Shown: in pieces, positions 25,577 to 38,000 of the stretch | Layout: the number at the start of each line of letters is the position of its first letter | Position numbering within the stretch: position 1 is the stretch's first letter | NCBI GenBank assembly: GCA_030141605.1 | Contig: JAQGDQ010000001.1 | Coordinates: 806,001 to 870,000 of the forward strand | Source of the DNA: Tubiluchus corallicola | Lineage: Eukaryota > Animalia > Priapulida | DNA length: 64,000 nt | Direction: 5' to 3' | The notes under the pieces: model-generated | Database searches by the model: none | Told to the model about the DNA's origin: nothing | Seen by the model: the letters and a program-made list of their open reading frames with translations, nothing else | Position numbers and translations under genes: made by a program

Positions 25577-27821
25577 CTTCGACGCATTTGATATTACCAT
25601 AATTATGCCAGAGTGGAATATCCTCATTGCTCCAAGTCAACAGATCAATATAAGAAAAAATTAGGCACGCACTGGGAAGACCACCCAATGATGGAAGTTC
25701 CATGATGTGTTTGACCCTCAATAGTCTCTTAAAAAATAAAAATCCCCAACCCTTCTACAACTGCCACTCCAAACTTTTAACAAAAGGACATAACTGACAT
25801 TTCTTCCTCACTATACCTTAACAATTTCCTCTAAGTGTAACAATTCCACTTACAAGACAGAGAACTTTTGCGAGAAAACGAAAATGTAAAACGCATGTGA
25901 GATAAAACGATTAACGGAGGCATAATGAGTGAGAAAACTATGGACAAAAAGCCCTAATTGTGTTGGTTTTCGCCCTATCGATCAACGGCAATCTGCGGTA
26001 ATTTTAAATTTTTTTTCGTTGTAATCTGAACTTAGCAAAAAAGTGAGAGTGTTATTTGCTGATATAATGATAAGATAGTTGCTTTAAAATTGCGTTGTGT
26101 AAGTCGCGCTGCTTGCCGCGATATGACCCTTAGAATAGCTCAAAATTTCGCTTAGGAAAAAAAGAAGCGCGAGAACGACCTGGCGTTTCAATTGCTTATT
26201 TTGATTTTTTCTATTTTTTTGTTTATTAAGTGCTTTAGTCAGAGCTTTTGTGTATTTTTAATAATTTGTTAGAGTAATCACATTTTGGAAGTTTTTCATA
26301 ATTCGTATATGAAATTTATTCTCATACACGTCATTCCCAAGTCACAAGATTTTATCGTAAGCAGCACGTAAAAAGCACAAATTTAAATTTAAATGCATCT
26401 GCGTGATAGGCAAGCCTATTTACCAGCGCTGTAGTTCGGAATCGACTCGGGCCTGAATTATATAAAAGTGCTCCGTATGCCACGGAGCAGCTCTACGCAG
26501 TTCTAATATGTGGTCTATATAATGAGCATTTTGCATTCTTGGCAAAAACGTATCACAAAAAGTCAGTGCCCTAGTAAAATTTTTTCATTGGCATGAAATT
26601 CTGAATACTTCAAATTATACAGTAAAAGAATAACAATGAGCGAATTTGTATAGTGCATCCATCAAAAAATTAACAAATCGGAAAAAATTCAGTGCATCCC
26701 TATGTGTGTCACACACATTTTTAGTCGTTCAGCGGCATGCTTGTCAGGATTCAGTTCTCACGCATTCTGCAACTTCACACGAAACTTTGCAAAATCATCT
26801 GGCTTGCTTTGCCTGTCAGTTACAAAAACAACGTACAGTAGCATTTATGAGTTTTATGAAAACTGAGACTAAAAACTGCCTTTTTACATCATTTTCCCAA
26901 TGCTGAAGTAATTGCCACTTGCCTATATTAAGTTTCATTAAAAAAACTCAAGTTTTCATTTTCCTGTACTAAATTTTTTTTACTTTTTCTGTTCGAGATT
27001 ATGCAATATAAATTCAGCTAAATTAATTCTCGTTTTGGGCACTCACTTGTAATCACATGTCTTGCCATTTAAGCATTTGCACATTTTATCCTTCTTAAAG
27101 CATTTTTTAATTTTTTTTGCACACCTAAATCATTTTTTAAAATATTCTTCTACTCCTTAGCACGTAATGGTGGCATAAATGGATCAGCAAAAATATGTTG
27201 ACCAATATAAACTGTAATTAACCAATATGTTTCAATTAATACATCTAGGCCTATAAGCGTGCTTTGTTGCTGAAACAAATTAGTTCTGCCAGACAAGCGC
27301 AATTGTTTGTGATCTATCTCTCATCATAACGTAAGATATGGTAACGTAGGTTAATAATTTATAAAAAACAAAACTTAATACAGTCTAAACCCGAACTTTT
27401 TATTCATACAAATTCAGAAACATCAAAATTAAAGGAACTTTTATTGGCTATTTTTCATCTTTTCAAAAGCAATTTTAGGTGCGATTAATTCGGCAAACCG
27501 AACTCTTCTACTACTCTGCAATACTACTGCCATTTTTAGCAATCATGCCATCCACAATCGTACCCTAAATATCAGAAATATTATTTAAAATGTCATCTCT
27601 TCTTAGAGCTTTTTATACCTTTTGGAATTATCACTAAGTTTTCATTTAACATCTACATAGCTATCTTATTTCTTTTTTGTAATTATAAATATGCCTGGTA
27701 CCAGTTGTCAAAGTAATGATTAGTGATTAGTTAATAGTCATGGCCTGAGTTAATAGCTCTTCCGTTGACTGTTTTGTCACTGTCGTAACAGTCGATACCT
27801 GTGCCATTAAGAAATTTTTTC

Positions 27822-28182
27822 ACACACTCATATCTCAGTTTGCCGGACTCGCGATATCGGAAAAATTGAACAAAATCTCCACTGTTAAAAGTCCCGCATA
27901 CTACGGACACAGTCTGTTGTTTCACGAGCTGACTGCTAGTTGGCGGGCCGTCACTTTGTCTGCATCCTTACATCAGTGCAACCAAGCGGCTTGTAACAAC
28001 ATGTGTGTAGCTTGTATGTCAGGAGCGGCCCGTACTAGATGTTTTTGAGATGACTGGGCGATTGATTCTATATTACCGTGAGTCTTATACACGGGACCTA
28101 CTGTATTAACTTAGTATCGGCAATCAGCAAATTCGGACCGACGTCTCACCACTTTTGTCTGGCAAACCGAGATATGAATGTA
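27822..28182. mobile_element. ~360-bp MITE
   Basis: Inverted ends acacactcatatctcagtttgcc / ggcaaaccgagatatgaatgtat; CpG-rich interior. Confidence 0.6.
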
Positions 28183-29051
28183 TTTAACCTGTTTTAAATT
28201 TAATCATATTTAATACTATTGATCCATGTAATGCCAACTTATTCATGCCAGAATATTAAGTCAACGACCTAGACAAATCTTTACAACAATTTGTGTCCAA
28301 AGAGGCTTTGAAAATACTAAAACTGTAAAGTGTTGAGTGACCAAATCTGAATACTTTTTAATGCCTAGTGGAGGACAAGGTTTACTAGTAATCAGTGACT
28401 TTGAATGGATCAACTTAATCATACATGTTTGAAAGAGGTTCATTTGCACACAATAAAAGCTTGATGCATAATTTTGGCTTGCGGAAGATGTTAGTGTCTT
28501 TTGCATATTTTTGTAAATCTCCTGCTTGCACCTGTAACTTGGGATCGTATACCATCTCACTGTACGTCACCAGTTGCATGACACTTGCATACTGCCCCTT
28601 ACAACTTGTGAAGCTGTGGGCCTACATCTCTACAACTCGCATTCCATTACTGGCTGTTACACTCTTAATTAAGCTCCTATCCCACCTCTGCTAGAAGTAT
28701 CTGCTTTGTCCATTTAATCATCTCAAAATCCACTACATTTTCTCCGCACCTAATACAAGATTTAATATTTACTAACTTCTAACAAACATAATTGATGTCA
28801 AAATCTATGATGAACCTATTTGCAGACAGAAAGTTAACTTTTCAGTTCGAAGTAATAGCAGTGAACCTAAATGTTATCTCAATGGAAAAGCACTCATGGC
28901 TTGAGTTCGAATTTAATTTGGTTTAGTTAGGAGGTTACAGTATCCTTTGCGAGGCATCTTAGCGCTTTTTGCTAAGATGTCTCGTAAACAATGTGCTAAC
29001 ATGAGCATTAAAAATTAAGCTGTGTGTTTTATTTTCAGCTACTTATTCGTG

Positions 29052-32000
29052 ATGCAGCTTCAAGAATGCATGTGTGCCATTTGCATGGACATCCTTATAG
29101 AACCTGTTATTTTGCCTTGTAGTCATGAACTATGTAAGCTGTGCTTCCATGCGAATGTTCACGAGACAAGCCTGCAGTGTCCTTTTTGTAGAAAATGGAT
29201 CAGTTCTTGGGCGAGGAAGGCTACCAGGGAAAATAAGCTGGTTAATCAGCAAAGATGGAGAGCTATTAGAGAAGCTTTTCCAGACATGATTAAGAAAAGA
29301 CTGACAGGAGAAGGAGATGCTGGCTGCTTGGGTTAGTCTAACGAAATTTATGGTTTTCTCACTTTTATCACTTTTATAATATATTATTATATTAATAATC
29401 ACTTTCTTATTAAGTTTTCCTATCTAGAATTAAATCAAAGTAATTTTTTATTTTGTGCTTAATGAGAGAGTTTAAGCTTTACACTAGGTTTGTAGTTTCC
29501 CCCAAGTTTTCTGTTTTGAAATGATGTAGAATGTTGTAGATTATATCATCTGCCTATGCAGTCAACCGCAGTTATCGAGTAGCACTGCCTTTTAATAAGC
29601 TGCAGAATGTGCTTGAGGCCAGCCACAAAAAAATTGTTTCTGCCTTATCTCATGAGCTCAAAAGATATCAGTAGGGAAGGAGGGAAAACTTTTTTCAAAA
29701 ATTTTTTTTAAACTTTGTGGATGTTTAAAGCTGAATCGTGGAATATTTAACATCAGTTGAAATCGAAGTTTGTTTATTTCTCACTGGTTAGCAGTAATGT
29801 TTTAATTTTTTCAATGCACTTTTTTCACGCTTTGTTTTTTAGTTTTCCTTTACTAAATTATGGTATAATTATCGATTATTGCATATCTTTTTTGTATGTT
29901 AAACGTACGCATATTCTGATAATTATGGTATAAGCGGCAACAGTACTCGGCCGCTAATGCACCGATTTGGTGGAAAATTCGATGCAAAATGGCAACCCTG
30001 GCCAAGAGTTAGCCGTGGAAAAATATGACCGCATCCTGGGTTCCCGGAAAGAACGATATTATAATAATTATTGCGTTTTAAATGAAAAAAATATGCTTTT
30101 ATACGACTGCGTCAAGCAAATATATGAACGTACAAAAAAAAACTAAAACTGTCCAGGCGGGTGTGCAATAAAAATATTAGCTGGGCAATTGACGGAAACA
30201 AAAGCATTTTTATTGTCGGCCTCAACTACAAGGGATGAGAATTGCCTCGATAGATTTTGGTAGAACTTTCCATAATGTGGAAATAGTGTTTGTTTAATAT
30301 GAGTTACAGTGTGTGTTAGTTAAATTAAATATTTGCTGTGCATAATTAATGATTACATGCTTTAATATTTTCACTCTTCTAATTAGGTATGCAGTTTTAG
30401 CTTTTGTGTTGTACAAATTGTCTCGATTGTTGTTAGAGTTCTAATTCATTACAGTAGTGTTAAATGTGATGTGCATATTCCAAATCTTTTACGTCATCTA
30501 ATTTACAGTTGGTTGTGTGTATAGGCTGATGTGGGGGAAAATGGGCCGCCACTGAGGGAAAGCGAACCAGAAGTGGGGGAAATGGGCTCCTATGGCAAAT
30601 AATATCTGCTGTGTTGTAAAAATATACATAAAAAGATTAAGATTAAGGTTATGATCTTTTATTAGGATCCTTAGCCTCATAAAAGTTGCATGCAATCCAT
30701 CTGTACTTTAAAAAAATACTAAAGATTTTGTATTAAGCTGCTATGACCATAGATGAGTCCAGGTGAGGTACTGGTGTCAAACGAGGCTTTGGGACGATTT
30801 CAGTCTGAGAACGAAAAAAGGCAGAGCACTCCTATTAATGTTTCTATTTCTGAAAAGCCAAACAACTAAAAAAAATTACACTTGTGCCCCAGTATATTCT
30901 GATAGTGAGGAAAGTGCCACTATCAGCAAGAAAAAGCATAGAAAAGTATAATATAGAAAGCAACTGAGTAAATTTTGGCAATTTTTTGATTGTTGGTTAC
31001 TATAATATTCAGATCGCCTGTCAGCAAGAATAGCAAAACAGAGTAAAAAATTATGCAGTGTTATTAGGAAATTACGGGAATTGAACACCAATGTTACAGC
31101 TTGTCGTGTTGAAAAGATGCTGCCATCTGATATTATTTAAAGGGTTGAAGAACCAGTCATATGAAGCTGTGGCATTCAATTTAAAGAAATTTAAATTCCA
31201 CAACTCGAGAGCTTAATAGCAATAGCAATTACAAACAGTTGTGAGTTAAGATATCTGGCTATATAAATGTTACAAAATAATCCACGAGTTTTTAAGCTTG
31301 GTAAACACCAAGTAAGTACTACTAAAATTAGTGGTTTCTAACTTTCTCTTTTTAAAATTTTCTTTTGATGTCAATTTTACTGTAGAACAAAATAATGGTG
31401 AGGTAATGATGGGCCCATTTTAGCCTGAAAGCTGGAGTTAAGAGGACTACATGAATGCCAAAAAAAACTTAAGTTACCATAAAAAATTGTTGATGCAGAA
31501 ACAAAATATTGTTGTAATCTAATAGAGCAGACCTCAAATGTATAGATGGAAAGTTCATCTGCAAAAAGTTTCACTTTTCTGTGAGGCGGGCCTTGGAATT
31601 CTTTGAAAAAACCTGCCCATTTTCCCTGTTTTACTTCATCATTTTAAATAGCATTTAAAACTGTAGTACTTTTGTAATGGTATTTAATATTTAACTATTA
31701 TTAAACAGGCGAATTGTTGCTTATCAACCTCGACCAGAGCTTATAAACAGTTTCCGAATTTCTGGTTTTCATTACTGTTTGACTGTATTTTGTTAAGTAA
31801 CTTGTATTTTAAGATATCCAAACAATGGCTGGTATTTTCTGAATTCGATCTGTGTTTGTACATATATTATTTTTGCAGTCTTGTTTTGCCACAAAATCTA
31901 ATATAATGTAGTATATTTTATCCAGCTAAGCGCAGTTTCATACTTGCACCTGATCATCTAAGCCTTTCTTTGTAATGAAGTCAGCTCAAAAAATTCATTA

Positions 32001-35000
32001 TGGGTTTTGTCAGTTGTGCTTCACTGAAAATTTAACTTCTGTGCAGTATGACCATGGACATTAAAAGTGACAGCATAATAAAAATTTGTTTCCACTGCAA
32101 GTTTACAACGAATGTCACTTACTTTCATTGTAAAGCAAAACACATTACTGAAAATATATATCATTTGGCCATTGGCATATGAAGATGAAAGTTTCTTTTA
32201 ACATGATGTTATTAATTGTGCTAGCAATTAGATCTGGTCACTAAATCTTCACAAAATTCTGCAAAACTTCTAGCGTCTTCCAACGATGACTCTGCAGTGA
32301 TTCACGTTTGTCTAATCGCCAAAAAGAACGTTGAGCTAACCTGTCCGTGTGTTTTTTTCAAATCTATCTTTGTTTGGTTTGTAAGGAAATTCTGCAATTC
32401 TTGCTGCAAATCCTGGCTGTTGGGCCCTGCTGTACCATCTATACCACCACAATAACAAATAAATAGTTTGGTCTAGTTATGAAGTTTATCAGTTTTAATT
32501 AATTTGGAAAGAATTTTCATAAATTATAGTTTTCTGCTAAGACTTCTTTTTTATTAATATAATTTACTTAAGTACATAATCAAAGTTAGGTTATTTAGTA
32601 ATGTTGGATATTATTATTTACAAGCGCCCCGTGTGTTATTCTGCAATTGTATTTTTAAGTCTTGTTACTCTCTAGCACTTAAATGGTTTGAAAACAGCTC
32701 AGCTGCTACCTGGCTGGGGTTTACTGGTTTTAACGTACGATATCTAGGCAATATTGGCGCATGGCCAAAAACTGTTTACCCGCTCAGTTGCGGTCAAAGT
32801 TCAAGGCACTGAGCTGTAGTAGTAATACTAGTAATAGTAGTACGATTCATAGTAGGATGTTACGTACACTACCGCGTGTCTGGTGCAGATTACAGATTAG
32901 TTGCAGTTACTTATCTGTGTTATAATACCGGTGAATTAGGCTGTCTAGTCTCCAATTTTTACGTAGCCTGTGATAATTATTATGTGATATCTGTTAAAAA
33001 TGTATCTGTCTAGGGATGGCGATGTAATATGCGGTGAACTGGTAACTTGATTTTACAGATTTGCAAAAATATCATTAATTTCCTCAATTTTATGAACGTG
33101 TGCACACTCGCTACAACGAGTCGAGAATATACGTATGTTTTATGAACTTGAAATGTCGTTAGGCCTGTGACAGCACATAATTGTTCTATATGAGTGTCAA
33201 AGTCATAAGTTTTATGTCTTAAAATTTCATGATCTCCATAGTTTTACATGTGTTAAATAATGTTTTTTAGCTAGTAGATGAGACTGTGTGCACGAGGATT
33301 GATGTAGATTAGCATTTTGCACATTTGGTGGAATTTATGTTTACATCTAATTTTTAATGGTGTAAACCCTACTTCATTAGGTCTATACGAAAGATTGTAG
33401 GAAGTACCCCTCATAGCACCATAATGTAAACGAGCCTCTTATAGTTGCATCTCCTCAGTTTCATTAGAATGAGTAGGGTGAATCTGGGTGAATAAAACTA
33501 AAATAAAATATCAGTAAAGACTACCGATCAAAAATGTATTTAATCCTCTGGTTAAACAAGATGTGCTCTAGCATGCTTTTCTATAACAATGTCCTTTCTA
33601 TTTTACTGTAGACTAAAGTGAATCATTTTTAATGTTTATAACATTGAAAAATTATTGAAACTATCATTATGACCTTAATTCACAGTCATTTGATTATAGG
33701 TATTTCATGTAGCAAAATATTATTCATAACTTAAATTAAGCTACTTTCATAAATACGTGGTGCAGTTAATTAACATTTAATAATTACTTTTAAATAAGAG
33801 ATGACGAGGAAAGGTACATGCATTTTCACGTAAGGCAATGTGTAAGAGTATAGAAAACATTTTCATTTAGTCATTCAAAATACTCAAGCATTTTTATAGA
33901 ATGTAGAAGTAGGTGGAGGAATGCTGCTTGGGACATTACCAATGGTTAGTGTTTTCAAATTTCGGACAGCTGAGATATTAACATGACATTCATTCATTAG
34001 ATGCTGCAGTGGTACTTCAAGTTTTGTAAAAAAACATTTATAAAACCACAACATTCTGTTTAAATTATGAGAATAAAATTCTTGTATATGTGTTAGTGTG
34101 TTATTATTAATAACTTATTAATGAAACGTTTTATGCTTTGATGGTGGGATGGAAATTCATTTTAATTGTAATTCATTAGTAGATGAAAATGTTGCATTGT
34201 TATAGACTGGTGCATGGTAAAAATGGCACAGAAAAAAATGGCACAACATGCCATTTTCATGCACTCAATTGTTGTAATTAAATTAGAATGAGTGCAGTAG
34301 GAAGCAGATCTCTGCCAAAGCCGAGCAGTCCTAAACTTATTCATGTGATTCTTTTTATTAAAAAATGTAAAACCTAGATAAACAAACAAACGTACAAAAA
34401 TGTGCCTGTACTGGTATTATGTACTAGCAAAAGATTCGCAAAATTTTTTTCATTAAACAGAATTATAAACAATAATTCACAAACATGTGACATAGTGTTT
34501 TTCTACTTTTCTTTAACCAGTAATTTTGGCAATGGTAATAGACTGTTTTACGTACCAAATCAGCTTGTAAGGCTATGCACATTAATTTGCAAGGTTATAG
34601 ATAGTTTTCCAAACAAGAATTTTTTGAAATGGAACCTGGAACTAACATGTAGTTGTTTGTCTTGTGGAGGTAATAAAAAAGAAGTACCAAACACTCGTGT
34701 GACCTCCATGAAGTATTTCTGTGCATTCAGTCAAGTTTTGCACAAAAAATGGGTGAAAAACTGCCATTTTGGCAGCTTAGACCCACCTACTCCACTAAGT
34801 TTTATGGAAATATGTTAGGTAGTTTTTGCAATAGGCTTACTGCTATAACAGACAAAAACAACCAATCAAACAAACTGTACTGCAGCATAATTTCCCTGGC
34901 AAAACTAACTAAAATAATTAACCCCCACAGAACCCTGACCATAAACTCATATTTTACTAAGCGTGCCGCTTTTTCCTGTGCTATTTTTACCTACTTTTCC

Positions 35001-38000
35001 ATTTGTGCTATTTTTACCTGCTTTCCATTTTTGCCATTTTTTTCTGTGCCATTTTTATCGTGCCATTTTTTTCCTGTGCCATTTTACCTGTATCATTTTT
35101 ATCTATATTCATTGTAGGCATTTATTGGCTTTGTAATTAACTCATTCATGCTTTGTCTTAAATTTGTAGTTTTTTAATGGAATTTGCAGTTTTTCAAATT
35201 GTTCTTTCATGGGTAATTTTCTTTTCAGTCAGCATAGGGAAACCAAATTTGTCACAACCTGGTGAAATCAGAAAAGAATACATGGAGCAGCTGAAAAAAG
35301 TAAGGTCATCATCATTAAAATTTAACTGTGGGATTTCTGTAAAATTTATTAGTCAAACGTAGTGAAATAGCCTATATGATGTTAATCGAAGATAAACTGT
35401 TTTTGGAGAATTTTGTATGCCAGTGGTGTGGTGTAAGATGTTGACTACAATTGTAATAGGGTTTAATTTCGTTTTGCTTGTAATTGACAATGCAACATAT
35501 ATAAAATTAAATCCTGTTTAAAACTTTGAAGACTGAGTATGCTCATTTTGTGTAATATAAATGTTTAGCCATTTACAGAACAGTTTTATATTCCAGGCTT
35601 GGGTGAATTGAGTAGAAATGTTTCTTGAGTTACCCATTGAAAGTTTCACAATTAGTTTTAATCACTTAATTTATCCTAAGAAATTTAGGAAATGACACAG
35701 CATCCAAGTGTTGTTGCGCTTGCTTGACCAAAGGCTGAACTATAACTCTACATGTACCAATTTGTTATCCAGCTAGCATACTGTAAATTTGAATTATCAC
35801 TGATGATTAAATTTTATTGAAATTAATGTATATTTTCAGCTGAATAAAAAGTCATAGCTATTAATAAAAAACTTTTATATAGCTTTAGTAGAAAACTAAA
35901 GTTAAGGCCATAACTATAAATATGTTTCTACGTAACAGTGTTATGTCAAAATGTGTTATAAATTTTGTAGTTGGGAGATAGGCTGTAGTTGTTTGTTTTT
36001 AGTGTTGGTCACTTGAATATATTAGTACATGTATACTCCACATCTCACTTACCAGTATTTCACCATTATATTTCATAGCTGCACGAAGAGCTACAAAAGG
36101 AAAGGGAAGAAGAGGAAAGAGCTAGTGCCTTGCTAATTTGTAAGTTGCAAGAAGAAGAGTTACGGGAAAGACAGAGCTACAATGTAATGGTCGAGGTAAA
36201 GTTATGAAATTTCCTAAGTACTTTTATGCACGTCAAAAGTTTCTTCAGTGTGCTTAATTTTAAATTTATAAATCCTGCTTAAGATATATATCTCTGGGTC
36301 TATAGCTAAATATGTCTCACATGATTCATGACTTAACGTCTTTTTAAAGAAGCTTGTGCTCTCCTATGACTTTATAGGAAATTATAATTAATTTGATAAA
36401 AGTTGGGCAGATTCATTTTACTACTTGCTAGGGTTTTTACAGAAGCCACTAAGGACTTTACTTTTTCATTTTTTTAACAAACAAGGTAAAATGTCTTAGG
36501 ACCCTGTATTTGAAAAAGCTTGTGGATGCATTTTAAGCTCAAATAAATAAACCAAAGCTTTCAGCTTTCACGTTTGACTCGCCCGTCAACAGGGGAAGAG
36601 CTTTATTCATTTTGAGGTTCCAGTGTCAAAAGTCAGAGTCACAGACCTGATATTTGAAAACTTATGAATCCATTTCGCATGTAGGTCACCCATAAACAGC
36701 AGAAGAACCCTGTCAATTTTGGGTACCAGTATCAATGGTTAAGGTCACAAGACTAGATATTTGAAAAATCTTGCAGACGCATTTTAAGCCAAAATAATTG
36801 ACTTTAAGCTTTCATATTTCATGTATACGCCACCAGAGATTTTTGTATTCGCTCTAACGTTTAAACAAAGTCGAATATTAAGTGCAAAAGACACAGGTGG
36901 CACTGCTTAGCGGCCAAGGGTGTAGCAAGGTGTATGCACGCATGACGTAACATTAAAAAACGGCACTTTTAGCCGTTTAATGTACAGTAAAAATTATCAC
37001 AAATATTTTTCCAGTATGTATGTGAAAGAAAAAATTATTGCTGACTCAAGTAAATGTTGATGTGTATGGTAATTATAAGGGAAAAGTCATCAAGTGATTT
37101 GTCAACATTTGCATCTTATAGTATTGTTTTTTAGGACTTTGGTAGGCCAGTTACACCTACATTTTAAAAGCACGTTAGGCCGAAACGTAAATTGCATTAA
37201 GATACAACTAACATTTTTTTCCTAAAAACACATGACAAATTTGAATTTAATGACTAATCAATACATGCAATAATAATTGTATAATAACAGTTATAATAAA
37301 AACATCTGTAGTATCAGCTGTATCTGTAATTACTTGGTAATTCACATGTGACAGCGAGGCCTACACGAAGGTATAATGAAAATGTAGCTTTACCCTTTAG
37401 AAAGACTACCATTAAAGTATGTTATGTTTTGTTCATTTAAATTTGTATTGTCAATTGTATATGATACAGTAGTTTTGGCCAATGTGTCTAATATTAAGAT
37501 TTTAGGCTCATAAACCATAGGCCTATTAATAGCAGTTTTGTTTACAGGTACATATATTTACAAAAATAAAAAAGTGTAAATATTAGCAACAGGTGATAAG
37601 AAGCTCATTAAAAGCAAAGGCCACCTAACTCGCATAAACACTACTTACACTTAATGTAAATAAAATGGTTTACTTGTATTTAAGCCAGAATGGGGTGCCT
37701 GGCATAGATCTAAAATTTTTAGTATCACTCATCCCTCAAAAACATTCTTTGATAAAAAATGATATTGTAAATAGAATGAAGAAGTATCTATTCTATTATA
37801 TTAATATTCTTGGTATCTTAATATATATATATATATATAAGATTCGAGGCTACAGCTTCGACGAGGGCACCATTTGCGGCGATTTATACATCAAACGAAA
37901 GGTCTCGATCTAGTGTCGTCTCATTGGGGGTTTATTTTTCGAACTGGGCCCACAGCGAGGAAGGGGAGGCGAAAAACCTCCAAAAATGACCATTTTTCGG

